From NCBI GenBank assembly GCA_934119935.1, contig CAKOSX010000001.1:332299-396298 (forward strand): a stretch of DNA of 64,000 nucleotides. The letters are read 5' to 3'. This document shows positions 1 through 9,467 of the stretch, one piece after another. The notes below the pieces were generated by a model. That model had not been told where the DNA came from and did no database searches. It saw only the letters and a program-made list of their open reading frames with translations. A program made the translations under genes and the position numbers. This stretch comes from an uncultured Clostridia bacterium. GTDB lineage: Bacteria > Bacillota > Clostridia > TANB77 > CAG-508. Every line of letters starts with the position of its first letter. The stretch's first letter is position 1.

Positions 1-69
1 AAATTTTAACTAGAAAATAAAATCGCTCTAAATAAGAAATCTTATTTGAGCGATTTTTATATCTATATT

Positions 70-522
70 TTAACGAATAAATTTTTTACTTTCGGCAACA
101 GCCATTTCATCACATCTATTGTTGAATTCGTTGTCCGCATGTCCTTTTACTTTATTAAATGTTACATCGTGTGTCTTTGTTAGACCATACAATTCTTGCC
201 ATAATTCTTTGTTTTTTACTGGATCTCCACCAGCGGTTTTCCAGCCTTTTTTCATCCAACCATAAATCCATTTTTGTAAAAAGGCATTTACAACATAGGC
301 ACTATCGCTGTAGATGTTTACTTTGCAAGGTCGTTTTAATATTTTTAAAGCTTCAATAACAGCTGTTAATTCCATAATATTGTTTGTGGTGTCTGCAGAA
401 CCGCCAGATATTTCTTTTCTATTTTCTCCTAACATTAATATGGCACCCCATCCGCCAGGACCAGGATTTCCAGAACATGCACCGTCTGTATATATTGTAA
501 CTTCTTCCATTATATTCACCAT
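70..522 (-). CDS. rnhA: Ribonuclease HI
   Basis: 150 aa; [21 protein letters not shown] and [15 protein letters not shown] motifs typical of RNase H catalytic core. Confidence 0.9.
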   Translation of the reverse strand: MVNIMEEVTIYTDGACSGNPGPGGWGAILMLGENRKEISGGSADTTNNIMELTAVIEALKILKRPCKVNIYSDSAYVVNAFLQKWIYGWMKKGWKTAGGDPVKNKELWQELYGLTKTHDVTFNKVKGHADNEFNNRCDEMAVAESKKFIR

Positions 523-644
523 ATAATTGCTTAAAAAACAATTATAATCCTTTCCTATTTAATTGTAAATATTTATAATTTATGATATTATATCAATAAA
601 TATTTTAAAGTGCAATAAAAACACAAGCAAAAGGAGGAAGTTTT

Positions 645-1880
645 ATGGCTAGAGTTGTTGGCATAATCGCAGAGTATAACCCATTTCATAATGGACATTA
701 CTATCACTTACAAAAAGCAAAGCAAGAAGCTAATGCCGATTATTGCATTGCTGTAATATCTGGTAATTTCACTCAGAGAGGGGATGTGTCGATTGTAAAC
801 AAATGGGCGAAGGCCTATATGGCAATATGTGGTGGAGCAGACTTAGTTATTGAACTTCCAACGATATATAGTGTTTCTAGTGCAGAAAATTTTGCAAATG
901 GAGCCATAAAAATATTAGATAGCCTAAAAATAGTTGATAGCTTTGCTTTTGGTGCAGAAGCAAATGATCTTGCTACATTAAACAACATAGCAAATGTGCT
1001 TAACGAGGAACCTAAGGGATATACCAATATATTAAATCACGAACTAAAAAAAGGAATATCATACCCTGCGGCGAGAGAAAATGCGATAATGATGTATTTA
1101 AATGATATAAAGAGATATGCGAACGTAATGGGAAATCCTAATAATATACTTGCTGTTGAATATTTGAAGGCATTAAAAAATCAAAAAAGCAAGCTAACAC
1201 CGATAATGATAAAAAGACAAAAGGTGTATTATAATGAACATAGAATTGTTGATGGATATGCGAGTGCAACCGGGATACGAGAATTACTAAAAAATAAAGA
1301 ATATTCTGATGTTTCAAAAGTTGTTCCAAGGAGTACGTATCAAATATTGGGGCAACAGGCAAATAATGGGAGAATGATTTTAAGTCTAGAAAAATATCAA
1401 AAAGAGATAATATATGCACTAAGAAAAATGACAGTAGAGGAGATTGCAGAATTACCTGATGTATCTGAAGGATTAGAAAATTCTATAAAAAATGCTGCTA
1501 ACAATTGCAACAATTTAACAGAATTAATAAATGGAATAAAATCTAAAAGATACACGCAAACCAGAATCCAAAGAATATTAATATATGCTCTATTAGGAAT
1601 AAATAAAAGAATGATGGAAAATTCAAAAAAGATAATTCCATATACTAGGATATTGGGATTCAATTCGAAGGGAAAAATGCTTATATCCGAAATTATGAAC
1701 AAAAATCCAAAGATAAACATGATTACGTCGGTAAAAAAATATATGGATCAGAATAAAAATAAACAATTGGCAGAGATGCTCGATGTAGACATATTTGCCA
1801 CAGATGTATACACACTGGGATATGACTATGATTCAAAGGCAAATCTAGATTTTACAAACAATATGATAATTACTAATTAG
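645..1880 (+). CDS. tmcAL: tRNA(Met) cytidine acetate ligase TmcAL (YlbM/UPF0348 nucleotidyltransferase)
   Basis: 411 aa; N-terminal EYNPFHNGHYYHL HxGH nucleotidyltransferase motif; matches YlbM-family architecture. Confidence 0.8.
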   Translation: MARVVGIIAEYNPFHNGHYYHLQKAKQEANADYCIAVISGNFTQRGDVSIVNKWAKAYMAICGGADLVIELPTIYSVSSAENFANGAIKILDSLKIVDSFAFGAEANDLATLNNIANVLNEEPKGYTNILNHELKKGISYPAARENAIMMYLNDIKRYANVMGNPNNILAVEYLKALKNQKSKLTPIMIKRQKVYYNEHRIVDGYASATGIRELLKNKEYSDVSKVVPRSTYQILGQQANNGRMILSLEKYQKEIIYALRKMTVEEIAELPDVSEGLENSIKNAANNCNNLTELINGIKSKRYTQTRIQRILIYALLGINKRMMENSKKIIPYTRILGFNSKGKMLISEIMNKNPKINMITSVKKYMDQNKNKQLAEMLDVDIFATDVYTLGYDYDSKANLDFTNNMIITN

Positions 1881-1955
1881 GGTAAAACATCAGAATTAAA
1901 AGAAAGGAATTAATCATTTAAGTAGACTAGTTTCTTATATGATTAAATAGAAAAA

Positions 1956-2660
1956 ATGAAAGTAATTGGAATAACAGGAAACACTGGAAGTGGAAAATCT
2001 ACTATCTCAAAAATAATAGAGAAAAACTATAATGGAATTATAATAGATGCGGACAGAATTGCAAGAGAGATGTCAGAAAATCAGAGTGAATATCTAAAAG
2101 AAATAGAAAATCAATTTGGAAAAGAGATTATAGAATATAGCAGGCAAGATAAAAAACAAGAAAAAAAGTTAAATAGAAAGAAGTTAGCAGATATTGTATT
2201 TTGTGATAAAACAGCAAAAGCAAGACTAGACAAAATAACATTTAAATATGTGGTAAAAGAAATAGAGAAAAGGCTAGAAGACGCTAAAAATGAAAATAAA
2301 TACTCATATATAGTGCTGGACGTTCCGCTTTTGTTCGAGAGCAAACTAAATGAAGAATGTGATTATACAATAGGCGTTATTGCTAAGAAAGAAGAAAAGA
2401 TAGATAGAATATGCAAAAGAGATAATATAAGTAGGAAAAAAGCATTAGAGAGGCTAAGCAGTCAACCTGAAAACGAATTTTATATAAAAAATTGTAATTT
2501 TATAATAGAAAATCCAGGGAACCAAACAAGTGAACTAACAAGTGAACAGCTAAATGAACAGCCGAGCGACCAAGCAAATGATCAATTAAGTGAGCAAATA
2601 AGTAAACAAGAAGAATCGATTCTAAGAAAAGTGAATGAAATAATGCTAAAATTACAATAA
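1956..2660 (+). CDS. coaE: Dephospho-CoA kinase with Q/S/E-rich C-terminal extension
   Basis: MKVIGITGNTGSGKSTISKII P-loop and DADRIAREM motif; about 40 aa low-complexity tail (ELTSEQLNEQPSDQANDQLSEQ). Confidence 0.85.
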   Translation: MKVIGITGNTGSGKSTISKIIEKNYNGIIIDADRIAREMSENQSEYLKEIENQFGKEIIEYSRQDKKQEKKLNRKKLADIVFCDKTAKARLDKITFKYVVKEIEKRLEDAKNENKYSYIVLDVPLLFESKLNEECDYTIGVIAKKEEKIDRICKRDNISRKKALERLSSQPENEFYIKNCNFIIENPGNQTSELTSEQLNEQPSDQANDQLSEQISKQEESILRKVNEIMLKLQ

Positions 2661-2725
2661 TATTACAATAGAGTTACATTTATGTATCTTTATTGAAAAA
2701 GTGCCTTAGTTATCATATAATCTAG

Positions 2726-3304
2726 GTGAAGATTATAAACCATAGGAGAAAGAATATGGAGAACCAAACTTTTGCAGAATATATATTATCAGAGAAAGAC
2801 TGGATAAAAAAGATGGAGATAATGTATTACTTAAATAAAAGAGGAAACATTTTCTTCGATAATTCTGTTGTGTTTAAAACACAGTTATTAAAGTTGTTTT
2901 TAGACAATACGCCAGAGTTGAACTTTGACAACAACATATTGATAACTGCTTGTTTATTATGCAACTGTAAAAAGGTAGATAATTTTACAGACATGAATAA
3001 AATTAGGGCATATGCAAAAGAAGGAGCCGAATATTTATCAACACTTGGTTTTGACGATAGATTTTGCAGGATATGTGAGCAAATAAATAGATATAGTGGC
3101 TCAGAGCCAAGAGAACCAGAAGCAGACATATTAGAATTAATAGATCAGTTTGGTGGTATGCTTTTAGATAGACCAGAAAGAATAGGATTCAAGGTAGACG
3201 AAGCACTAGTTCTATTAGAGTACAGAAATTTAAAGGGAAAAGACAATAGATATATTGAAGTCTTTAAAAACTTTGTAAATAGAATGGAGGCAATAAAAGT
3301 ATGA
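2726..3304 (+). CDS. Hypothetical protein (Cys-containing, 192 aa)
   Basis: Intact ORF with RBS; stop overlaps next start (ATGA at 3301); no recognisable motif. Confidence 0.5.
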   Translation: MKIINHRRKNMENQTFAEYILSEKDWIKKMEIMYYLNKRGNIFFDNSVVFKTQLLKLFLDNTPELNFDNNILITACLLCNCKKVDNFTDMNKIRAYAKEGAEYLSTLGFDDRFCRICEQINRYSGSEPREPEADILELIDQFGGMLLDRPERIGFKVDEALVLLEYRNLKGKDNRYIEVFKNFVNRMEAIKV

Positions 3305-3639
3305 GTCTAGTAAACGAAAACGATTTGATAATACCTGGAACAGTCGGAATCATATCCGCAGCAGTAAAAGAGGCAAATAGACACTTAGACCAAAGAAGAG
3401 AACATGCAGAATTCGAAGAAAGCAAAAATAAAAACATAGCTGAATATATAAGAGAGACTCCTAAAATACAATTCATATTACAAAACAGAGTAAATGGAAT
3501 CCCTTTAGAACAACTAGTAAACCCTGCAAGAATATCAAACGACAGAACAAGAGTAAGTGTAAGCAAACAAGAAACTATTGAAGAACAATCAGAAAAAAGG
3601 CCAACTCAGAGGGCATATGAGGACTGGTTTAGAGGATAA
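3301..3639 (+). CDS. Hypothetical protein (112 aa), translationally coupled to upstream ORF
   Basis: ATGA overlap with 2726..3304; charged hydrophilic protein. Confidence 0.45.
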   Translation: MSLVNENDLIIPGTVGIISAAVKEANRHLDQRREHAEFEESKNKNIAEYIRETPKIQFILQNRVNGIPLEQLVNPARISNDRTRVSVSKQETIEEQSEKRPTQRAYEDWFRG

Positions 3640-3640
3640 A

Positions 3641-3720
3641 TTGTACAGCTCGTGTACAAACCGGTACAAAACGGGGACGGAGAAAAAAATGTACAGTTTG
3701 GGGACGAATAATGTCCCCTA
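3641..3720. repeat. GGGGACGGAG / TGTACA dispersed repeat unit plus GGGGAC-N7-GTCCCC hairpin
   Basis: gtacaaaccggtacaaaacGGGGACGGAGaaaaaaaTGTACAgtttGGGGACgaataatGTCCCC; same unit recurs at 19.5k, 23.9k, 43.5k, 51.7k, 53.9k. Confidence 0.7.
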
Positions 3721-3767
3721 ATTTTTTTGTAAAAGATCATAGTAAAATTTTAGAAAGAGGAAAAATT

Positions 3768-4961
3768 ATGGAAGAAATATTTGCAGATTTACACGTACAC
3801 ATAGGAAGAAGCGAAAACGGTAAACCAATAAAAATTACAGCCGCAAGAAGCCTTAATTTTGCAAACATTGCAAAAGAATGTGCCGACAGAAAAGGAATAA
3901 ATATAGTAGGAATTATAGACTGTGCATCACCATATGTTATTGAGGATATTGAGAATTTTCTAAAAACGGGAGATGCATATGAAATTGAAGATGGAGGAAT
4001 AATTTATAAAGACAAGGTTTGTATTTTACTAGGTAGCGAAGTAGAAACATCAGAAGTTGGAAGAAACGGAAAGTGTGGAGCAGCACATAATGTATGCTTT
4101 TTCCCTCATCTGGCAGACATAAAGGGGTTCTCACAAGAAATGAGCCATCATATAAAAAATATAACACTAAGCACGCAACGTTCTAATGTTTCAGGTTATG
4201 AGCTAATTGATATAGTCGAAAAATATAATGGAATTTTAATTCCAGCACACTGTTTTACGCCGTTCAAAAGCTATTATGGCAATTGTGTTGATAGAATGAA
4301 AGACATTTTCAAAGAAAAATTCGATAAGATTTTTGCGATTGAGTTAGGTCTAAGTGCAGATACATATCTTGCAGACATGATATCAGAATTAGAAAATAAG
4401 ACATTTGTTACAAATTCTGATGCACATTCACTACCTAAAATTGCGAGAGAATATAATAAAATGTTGGTAAATGATATAAGCTTTAAAGAAGTTGTAAAGG
4501 CACTAAAGGGAGAGGACGGAAGAAAGGTGTTATGCAACTATGGATTAGATCCTAAATTAGGAAAATACCATAGAACATTCTGCGACAATTGTAATCAAGT
4601 AATAGAAACTAAGGAACCAGTTTCAGAGTGCCCATACTGTGGAAGCAATAAAGTTACATTTGGTGTGTTTGACAGAATAGAACTAATAAAGGACAAAAAA
4701 GACAGCAAAAGTCCAGAAAATAGACCACCATACATATATCAAGTCCCACTAACTTTTATACCTGGAATTGGAAGCAAAACGATAGATAAATTACTAGATA
4801 ATTTTGGTACAGAGATGACCATATTACATAAATTATCAAAAGATGATATAGAAGCGGTAGTTGGCGAAAAAGTAGCAAATGAAATAATTGCTTCGAGAGA
4901 AGGAAAAATGAAAATTCATGCTGGTGGTGGCGGAGTTTACGGAAAAGTGACAGCCGAATAA
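3768..4961 (+). CDS. endoQ: Endonuclease Q (PHP-domain deaminated-base endonuclease, TIGR00375 family)
   Basis: DLHVHIGRS PHP motif; GLDPKLGKYHRTFCDNC Zn ribbon; RPPYIYQVPL; C-terminal HAGGGGVYGK. These are the recalled hallmarks of archaeal/Bacillus EndoQ. Start placed at ATG 3768 with RBS agaaagagg. Confidence 0.75.
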   Translation: MEEIFADLHVHIGRSENGKPIKITAARSLNFANIAKECADRKGINIVGIIDCASPYVIEDIENFLKTGDAYEIEDGGIIYKDKVCILLGSEVETSEVGRNGKCGAAHNVCFFPHLADIKGFSQEMSHHIKNITLSTQRSNVSGYELIDIVEKYNGILIPAHCFTPFKSYYGNCVDRMKDIFKEKFDKIFAIELGLSADTYLADMISELENKTFVTNSDAHSLPKIAREYNKMLVNDISFKEVVKALKGEDGRKVLCNYGLDPKLGKYHRTFCDNCNQVIETKEPVSECPYCGSNKVTFGVFDRIELIKDKKDSKSPENRPPYIYQVPLTFIPGIGSKTIDKLLDNFGTEMTILHKLSKDDIEAVVGEKVANEIIASREGKMKIHAGGGGVYGKVTAE

Positions 4962-5028
4962 AAAAATGTTCTAATTTTAAGATTATTGAATAGACATTAT
5001 GTATAAACAATAATCTTAGGAGGAGAGC

Positions 5029-5676
5029 ATGAACAACCACAGAAAAAACCATTCATATAGAATAAAAAACATAATTTTAAATTATATAAAAGAAAATATA
5101 AAAACATATTTAATTCTACTTATAATATTTTTTATAGGGTTAATACTTGGGGTGATATTCGTCGATAATGCGAGTGAACCCCAAGCAAATCAAATAAGCA
5201 GTTACATAAATAACTTTATAAACTCTATAAAAGAAAATTATCAAATTTCAACAAAAGATTTATTAAAAGAAACAGTAATAAACAATGTAAGCATTGCAGT
5301 AATTTTATGGTTTTTAGGTTCTACAGTTATAGGATTTCCACTGATATATGTAGTTATATGTTACAAAGGATATTGCATAGGGTATACGATATCATCGGTA
5401 ATAGCAACAATAGGAACAGCCAAAGGCATAGTCTTTATACTAGCTACAATGCTATTGCAAAACATAATATACATTCCAGTCATACTGACGTTAGGCGTAA
5501 GCGGAGTAAAACTATATAGGCTTATAATGGAAGACAGAAGAAGAGAAAATATAAAAATACAAATTGCAAAACACACTATATTTTCAATCTTAATGTTAAT
5601 TCTGTTAATAATTTCCGCTTTGATAGAAACATATATTTCGGGGAACTTACTAGAAGTGGTGATTAAATACTGCTAA
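5029..5676 (+). CDS. SpoIIM-like polytopic membrane protein
   Basis: 215 aa, about 5 TM segments, size and position immediately upstream of xerD as in many Clostridia. Confidence 0.45.
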   Translation: MNNHRKNHSYRIKNIILNYIKENIKTYLILLIIFFIGLILGVIFVDNASEPQANQISSYINNFINSIKENYQISTKDLLKETVINNVSIAVILWFLGSTVIGFPLIYVVICYKGYCIGYTISSVIATIGTAKGIVFILATMLLQNIIYIPVILTLGVSGVKLYRLIMEDRRRENIKIQIAKHTIFSILMLILLIISALIETYISGNLLEVVIKYC

Positions 5677-5797
5677 TAAAAAATTATTTCACAATTTTGC
5701 TAAAATGTATTTACAATTTGCAAATATTTTGATATAACATGTATAAGTTATGTAAATTAAATTGCACATATAAAATAAATAGAATAGGGGAGCGCAA

Positions 5798-6679
5798 ATG
5801 GAAAAACAAGTTAAACTTTTTTTAGATTTTCTTAAAGATGATAAAAAATTATCAGACAATACACTTCAATCATACAGAAGAGATATAGAGCAATATGAAA
5901 AATACGTTTCAGAAAATAAAATAAATTATCTAAAAGCAACTGAAGAGACAATACTAGAATATATGGAATATTTAAGAGAAGAAAACAAAAAAGAGTCGAC
6001 CATTTCAAGAAGTTTAGCATCAATAAGATCTTTTTATCAATATTTAATTCGTATAAAAAAGATAAAAAAAGATCCAACGATGACAATAGAATCACCAAAA
6101 ATAAATAAAAGAACACCAAACATATTAACATCAAAGGAAGTTGAATTATTATTAGATCAACCTAAGGATGTTGATTTAAAAGGAACAAGAGATAAGGCAA
6201 TGCTTGAATTTGCATATGCAACAGGCATGAGAGTAACAGAAATGATATCGTTAAATATAGATGATGTAAGATTAGATGAAGGATATGTTGTATGCAGAGG
6301 CAGAACAAAATCTAGAAACATTCCTTTAGGTTCAATGTCATTAAAAGCATTAAAAGAATATATTGATGATGCAAGACCATATTTAATAAGAGACGAAGAA
6401 GAAGATGCTTTATTTGTCAATGTTAATGGAACAAGATTAACAAGACAAGGATTCTGGAAAATAGTAAAATACTATAAAGAACAAGCACACATAGAAAAAG
6501 ACATAACACCACACGTATTAAGACACTCTTTTGCAACACATTTATTACAAAATGGTGCTGACTTAAAAGCAATACAAACAATGCTTGGACACTCTGACAT
6601 ATCTTCAACACAAGTATACATGCAATTCCAAGATCCTGGAATAAAAAACGAATATAAAAAAGCTCATCCAAGAGCATAA
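5798..6679 (+). CDS. xerD: Tyrosine site-specific recombinase XerD/XerC family
   Basis: 293 aa; N-terminal SAM-like domain (LSDNTLQSYRRDIEQY); catalytic R..HVLRHSFATHLL..GHSDISSTQVY. Confidence 0.8.
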   Translation: MEKQVKLFLDFLKDDKKLSDNTLQSYRRDIEQYEKYVSENKINYLKATEETILEYMEYLREENKKESTISRSLASIRSFYQYLIRIKKIKKDPTMTIESPKINKRTPNILTSKEVELLLDQPKDVDLKGTRDKAMLEFAYATGMRVTEMISLNIDDVRLDEGYVVCRGRTKSRNIPLGSMSLKALKEYIDDARPYLIRDEEEDALFVNVNGTRLTRQGFWKIVKYYKEQAHIEKDITPHVLRHSFATHLLQNGADLKAIQTMLGHSDISSTQVYMQFQDPGIKNEYKKAHPRA

Positions 6680-6709
6680 CATAAAAAAATGAAGATTTTA
6701 CTCAAGATT

Positions 6710-6738
6710 CCTCGTCCAATAGGGACGGGGGATTTTGG
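6710..6738 (+). terminator. Rho-independent terminator of xerD
   Basis: cctcgtcc-aatag-ggacgggg hairpin followed by gattttggg. Confidence 0.55.
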
Positions 6739-6825
6739 GCGAAAACTAAATATGATTGTAAAATTAGTTACTATACTAACATGTGGCTAAACAAGAAAAA
6801 AATTTAAAAAATTTAAAAATTAGTA

Positions 6826-6854
6826 TTGACAAAAATATTAACCTATGGTATTAT
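6826..6854 (+). promoter_or_regulatory. Sigma-A type promoter for tRNA-Gly
   Basis: TTGACA-17 nt-TATTAT about 30 nt upstream of tRNA. Confidence 0.5.
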
Positions 6855-6883
6855 AATAACTGTCGTTAGGAAATACATAAAAT

Positions 6884-6957
<74 letters not shown>

Positions 6958-6972
6958 TAGCAAAATAAAATA

Positions 6973-6997
6973 GAGTCTCATAAGACTCTGTTTTTTC
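6973..6997 (+). terminator. tRNA terminator
   Basis: gagtctc-ataa-gagactc hairpin plus TGTTTTTT. Confidence 0.7.
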
Positions 6998-7004
6998 GTA
7001 TAAA

Positions 7005-7085
7005 GGGAATCGAAAAGGAGGAATAGAAATTAGTCCAGTGGACTAATTTCCCGACGCGGCTCGGCGATTCCCGCTACCTGCTCCA
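7005..7085 (+). other. tRNA 3'-end mimic element, copy 1 (Gly-UCC type)
   Basis: gggaatcg-aaaaggaggaatagaaattaGTCCagtGGACtaatttcccgacgcggctcgg-CGATTCCCGCTACCTGCTCCA. The last 21 nt are identical to the 3' end of the adjacent tRNA including CCA. The 5' gggaatcg is the reverse complement of cgattccc. Confidence 0.7.
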
Positions 7086-7253
7086 AGATTGCGAACCCAT
7101 ATTGATATAGAGATATTTCAATATGGTGTTCTTTTTTTGTTAAAAGTAATAGTGCTAATAAATGTTTTTATTAGCTTTAGATAATGCATACGTATTAAAG
7201 TTATTCTAAACACAAGGGGGTACCAGGAAATTCCTGATACCTCCATTGTGTTG

Positions 7254-7568
7254 TTAATAACAACGAATATGCTCAGAGCAATTGTTGCACCCTAAAGCGC
7301 AACCAACACTTTCTTTTTGCAAAATTTCCAGACTGCATCTTTCGTTGGAAGCCTTTGATTCCTGACAGCTTCTGCAACGACATTTTTCTTTGCAGTAGCA
7401 CAGTTTACCTTCGGACAGAACCTGTTTTTTACACTGTTCTACAGCGCTTTCGGTATTACATGTGGGAAGAGAATAGTGCTGCTCGGAAATGCTGCTCTTA
7501 GGTGTTTTTTCCGGATTTTTCCGGGTTCCTACCTGTTGAACTTTGTTACGTTTTTTGTGCATAGACAT
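7254..7568 (-). CDS. Cys-rich small protein (104 aa) in GC-rich cassette
   Basis: Good RBS aaggagg; motifs CYCKEKCRCRSC and GCALGCNNC; locally high GC. Confidence 0.5.
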   Translation of the reverse strand: MSMHKKRNKVQQVGTRKNPEKTPKSSISEQHYSLPTCNTESAVEQCKKQVLSEGKLCYCKEKCRCRSCQESKASNERCSLEILQKESVGCALGCNNCSEHIRCY

Positions 7569-7794
7569 TGTTAAGCCTCCTTAAAAATTATTTTTTGGAT
7601 GTCTAGCTAAAAATGCCACATTAAGAGTATTGGCAAAAATTAACGGAATAATTGTATCACAGTTTTATGCCAAAATCAATATGCGAAAGTTATAGCAGGT
7701 AAATAATAAGGAAAATTAGAATAGAATAACAAAAAGCGCAACTGCGTTACACAGTTGCGCTTTTGCTTGTCCAAAGTATTGTTTACTTGGGCAC

Positions 7795-8256
7795 TTACTT
7801 CGCGGCGATATACATCTCCGTGAAGAGAAGGTTGCTCCGCAGCCAGACGACATAATTGTCGTCCTGCAGGAGGTGGATGCCCTTGTCGGCATCCTTTTTC
7901 AGCATATAGCTGTTGTCTGCCGTCACCCCCACATAGGGGATTTCAGAAGGAGCGTTCATATCATGCACCAAAATCACACGACCGGTGTCGTGGATCGGTT
8001 CATTGCTTACCATCTTATTCAGAAGATAGGCAAGCTTCATACCGAGATCCCCGGTGCTTAGCAGAACAGCGCTGATATAGCAACCGCCCTCGTGAACCTC
8101 GTTAGGTGCGTACCGCATATAGCGTGCACGTTTTCCAAACACTTCAAGGACTTCAGCTGCATTGTCTGCGACTTCTTCAGGAAAATTCTGAGTGAAACCC
8201 ATAATTTCCCGTTCGGGGCAAATGTCTGCTTTTGCAGACGTTTTGAATTTTGTCAT
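7795..8256 (-). CDS. Hypothetical protein (153 aa) in GC-rich cassette
   Basis: Intact ORF, GC about 50% versus about 30% background. Confidence 0.5.
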   Translation of the reverse strand: MTKFKTSAKADICPEREIMGFTQNFPEEVADNAAEVLEVFGKRARYMRYAPNEVHEGGCYISAVLLSTGDLGMKLAYLLNKMVSNEPIHDTGRVILVHDMNAPSEIPYVGVTADNSYMLKKDADKGIHLLQDDNYVVWLRSNLLFTEMYIAAK

Positions 8257-8462
8257 TTTTTTTGACCTCCTTGTGGTCTTTTTTGTGTGTTATACGGAGC
8301 AAACTTCTTGAAATAATAATGTTTGCAAATTTTAGTATACCACACTTTACATAAAATGTAAAGCACTGCAAATAAAAACGGTGTATAATGGTAAATTTGT
8401 ATGTTTAAATAAAAAATACTTGCAAAAATTTATTAAAGTGATAAAATATAGACATGAAAAAT

Positions 8463-8536
8463 GCAGATGTAGTTTAGTGGTAGAACTTTGCCTTCCCAAG
8501 GCAATAGTGTGGGTTCGATTCCCATCATCTGCTCCA
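8463..8536 (+). tRNA. tRNA-Gly (anticodon CCC), CCA encoded
   Basis: Acceptor GCAGATG/CATCTGC; anticodon stem TTGCC/GGCAA; loop TTCCCAA. Confidence 0.9.
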
Positions 8537-8590
8537 GAATGAAAAGAGAAATTGGAGTTTTATATAACTTTAATTTTTTTCTTTTTATAA

Positions 8591-8671
8591 GGGAATCGAA
8601 AAGGAGGAGCAGAAATTAGTCCTGAGGACTAATTTCCCGACGCGGCTCGACGATTCCCATCATCTGCTCCA
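8591..8671 (+). other. tRNA 3'-end mimic element, copy 2 (Gly-CCC type)
   Basis: Same core as copy 1, but the 3' part is cgattcccATCATCTGCTCCA, matching the 3' end of tRNA-Gly(CCC) rather than Gly(UCC). Confidence 0.7.
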
Positions 8672-8726
8672 TAAAGTAAAAGAAAAATTAGAGCTTTTTT
8701 AAAACTTTAATTTTTTATTTTTTTGA

Positions 8727-8795
8727 GGCAATCGAAAAGGTGTAATAGAAATTAGTTTGGAAAATTAAATTTTCGATGTGGCTTGGCGATTTTCA
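8727..8795 (+). other. Degenerate third copy of tRNA 3'-end mimic element
   Basis: ggcaatcgaaaaggtgtaatagaaattagtttgg...gatgtggcttggcgattttcat; recognisably the same core but decayed. Confidence 0.5.
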
Positions 8796-8813
8796 TAGCA
8801 TATTCTATAATAT

Positions 8814-8842
8814 TTGACATTTTATGTAAAGCGTAGTATAAT
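8814..8842 (+). promoter_or_regulatory. Consensus sigma-A promoter of GC-rich cassette
   Basis: TTGACA-17 nt-TATAAT exactly. Confidence 0.65.
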
Positions 8843-8919
8843 ATAAATAGTCCGAAAATTTTTTTTGTGAAACTCGGTAAGTCCTCCGAATTGAGAGGCA
8901 CGAGAAAAGGAGAGAGTAT

Positions 8920-9328
8920 TATGGCACACATTCTCGTAAACGCGTTCGCATTATCGATGCTTCCTCTGGAGGCTATGAATTTTGTTCGGGTGAAGAAGAT
9001 CAACCCGAATGAAGTTCCGGCAGACGTTGAATCTGCCATCGGCCATACGGACACTGCGAAAGTGGTGTCTGGCATCTTGGGTTTCGAGGTGAAGCCTAAC
9101 CGGGTTAGCATTAAGCTGACCGAGAGCGACGTCTTGTACGTTGCTCAGTACACTGGGCCGAGGCTGCCGGAGGGTGCAACCACCTTGCCGGAAGGCGCAA
9201 GCCTCGAGTTCTTCGAGGTCACCTTCCACAAGGAAGGATGCCGTGGATGCCATGGCTACGATTCTGGCACTTGCCAGAATTGTATCTTCAGCTTCTGGCT
9301 GAGCGGCGCTCCCATCATGGAGCGATAA
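8920..9328 (+). CDS. Hypothetical protein (136 aa) in high-GC (about 55%) cassette; possibly DUF1874-like
   Basis: ATG at 8920 with RBS aaaaggagagag preferred over the GTG at 8867 used by the ORF track; starts MAHILVNAFALSMLPLE. Confidence 0.55.
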
Positions 9329-9337
9329 TATCTCCTA

Positions 9338-9399
9338 AACACTCTGTCTCTTGTTGCAATGCAACTTGAGGCAGGGTGTTTTTTTATTCTGTAAAGAGT
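9338..9399 (+). terminator. Strong rho-independent terminator of GC-rich cassette
   Basis: 11-bp stem cactctgtctc/gaggcagggtg (G-U wobbles only on + strand RNA) with inner gttgca/tgcaac hairpin, then TTTTTTT. Confidence 0.7.
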
Positions 9400-9467
9400 T
9401 CTTAAAAACTATTGAAAATTTCCCCATATTTTGATATAAATATAAAAAACAAACAGGGGAGAATATC

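Noticed and set aside
7005-7085. Calling the mimic elements genuine tRNA genes or tRNA pseudogenes
   Set aside because: No D-arm or anticodon arm can be drawn. Only the T-loop 3' half, acceptor 3' strand and CCA are tRNA-derived. The 5' 55 nt are a conserved non-tRNA core shared between Gly and Leu contexts.
8867-8919. GTG start at 8867 for the high-GC cassette gene (ORF-track start MKLGKSSELRG...)
   Set aside because: ATG 8920 has a proper RBS (aaaaggagagag) at correct spacing. The upstream extension overlaps the promoter-proximal leader and has no RBS.
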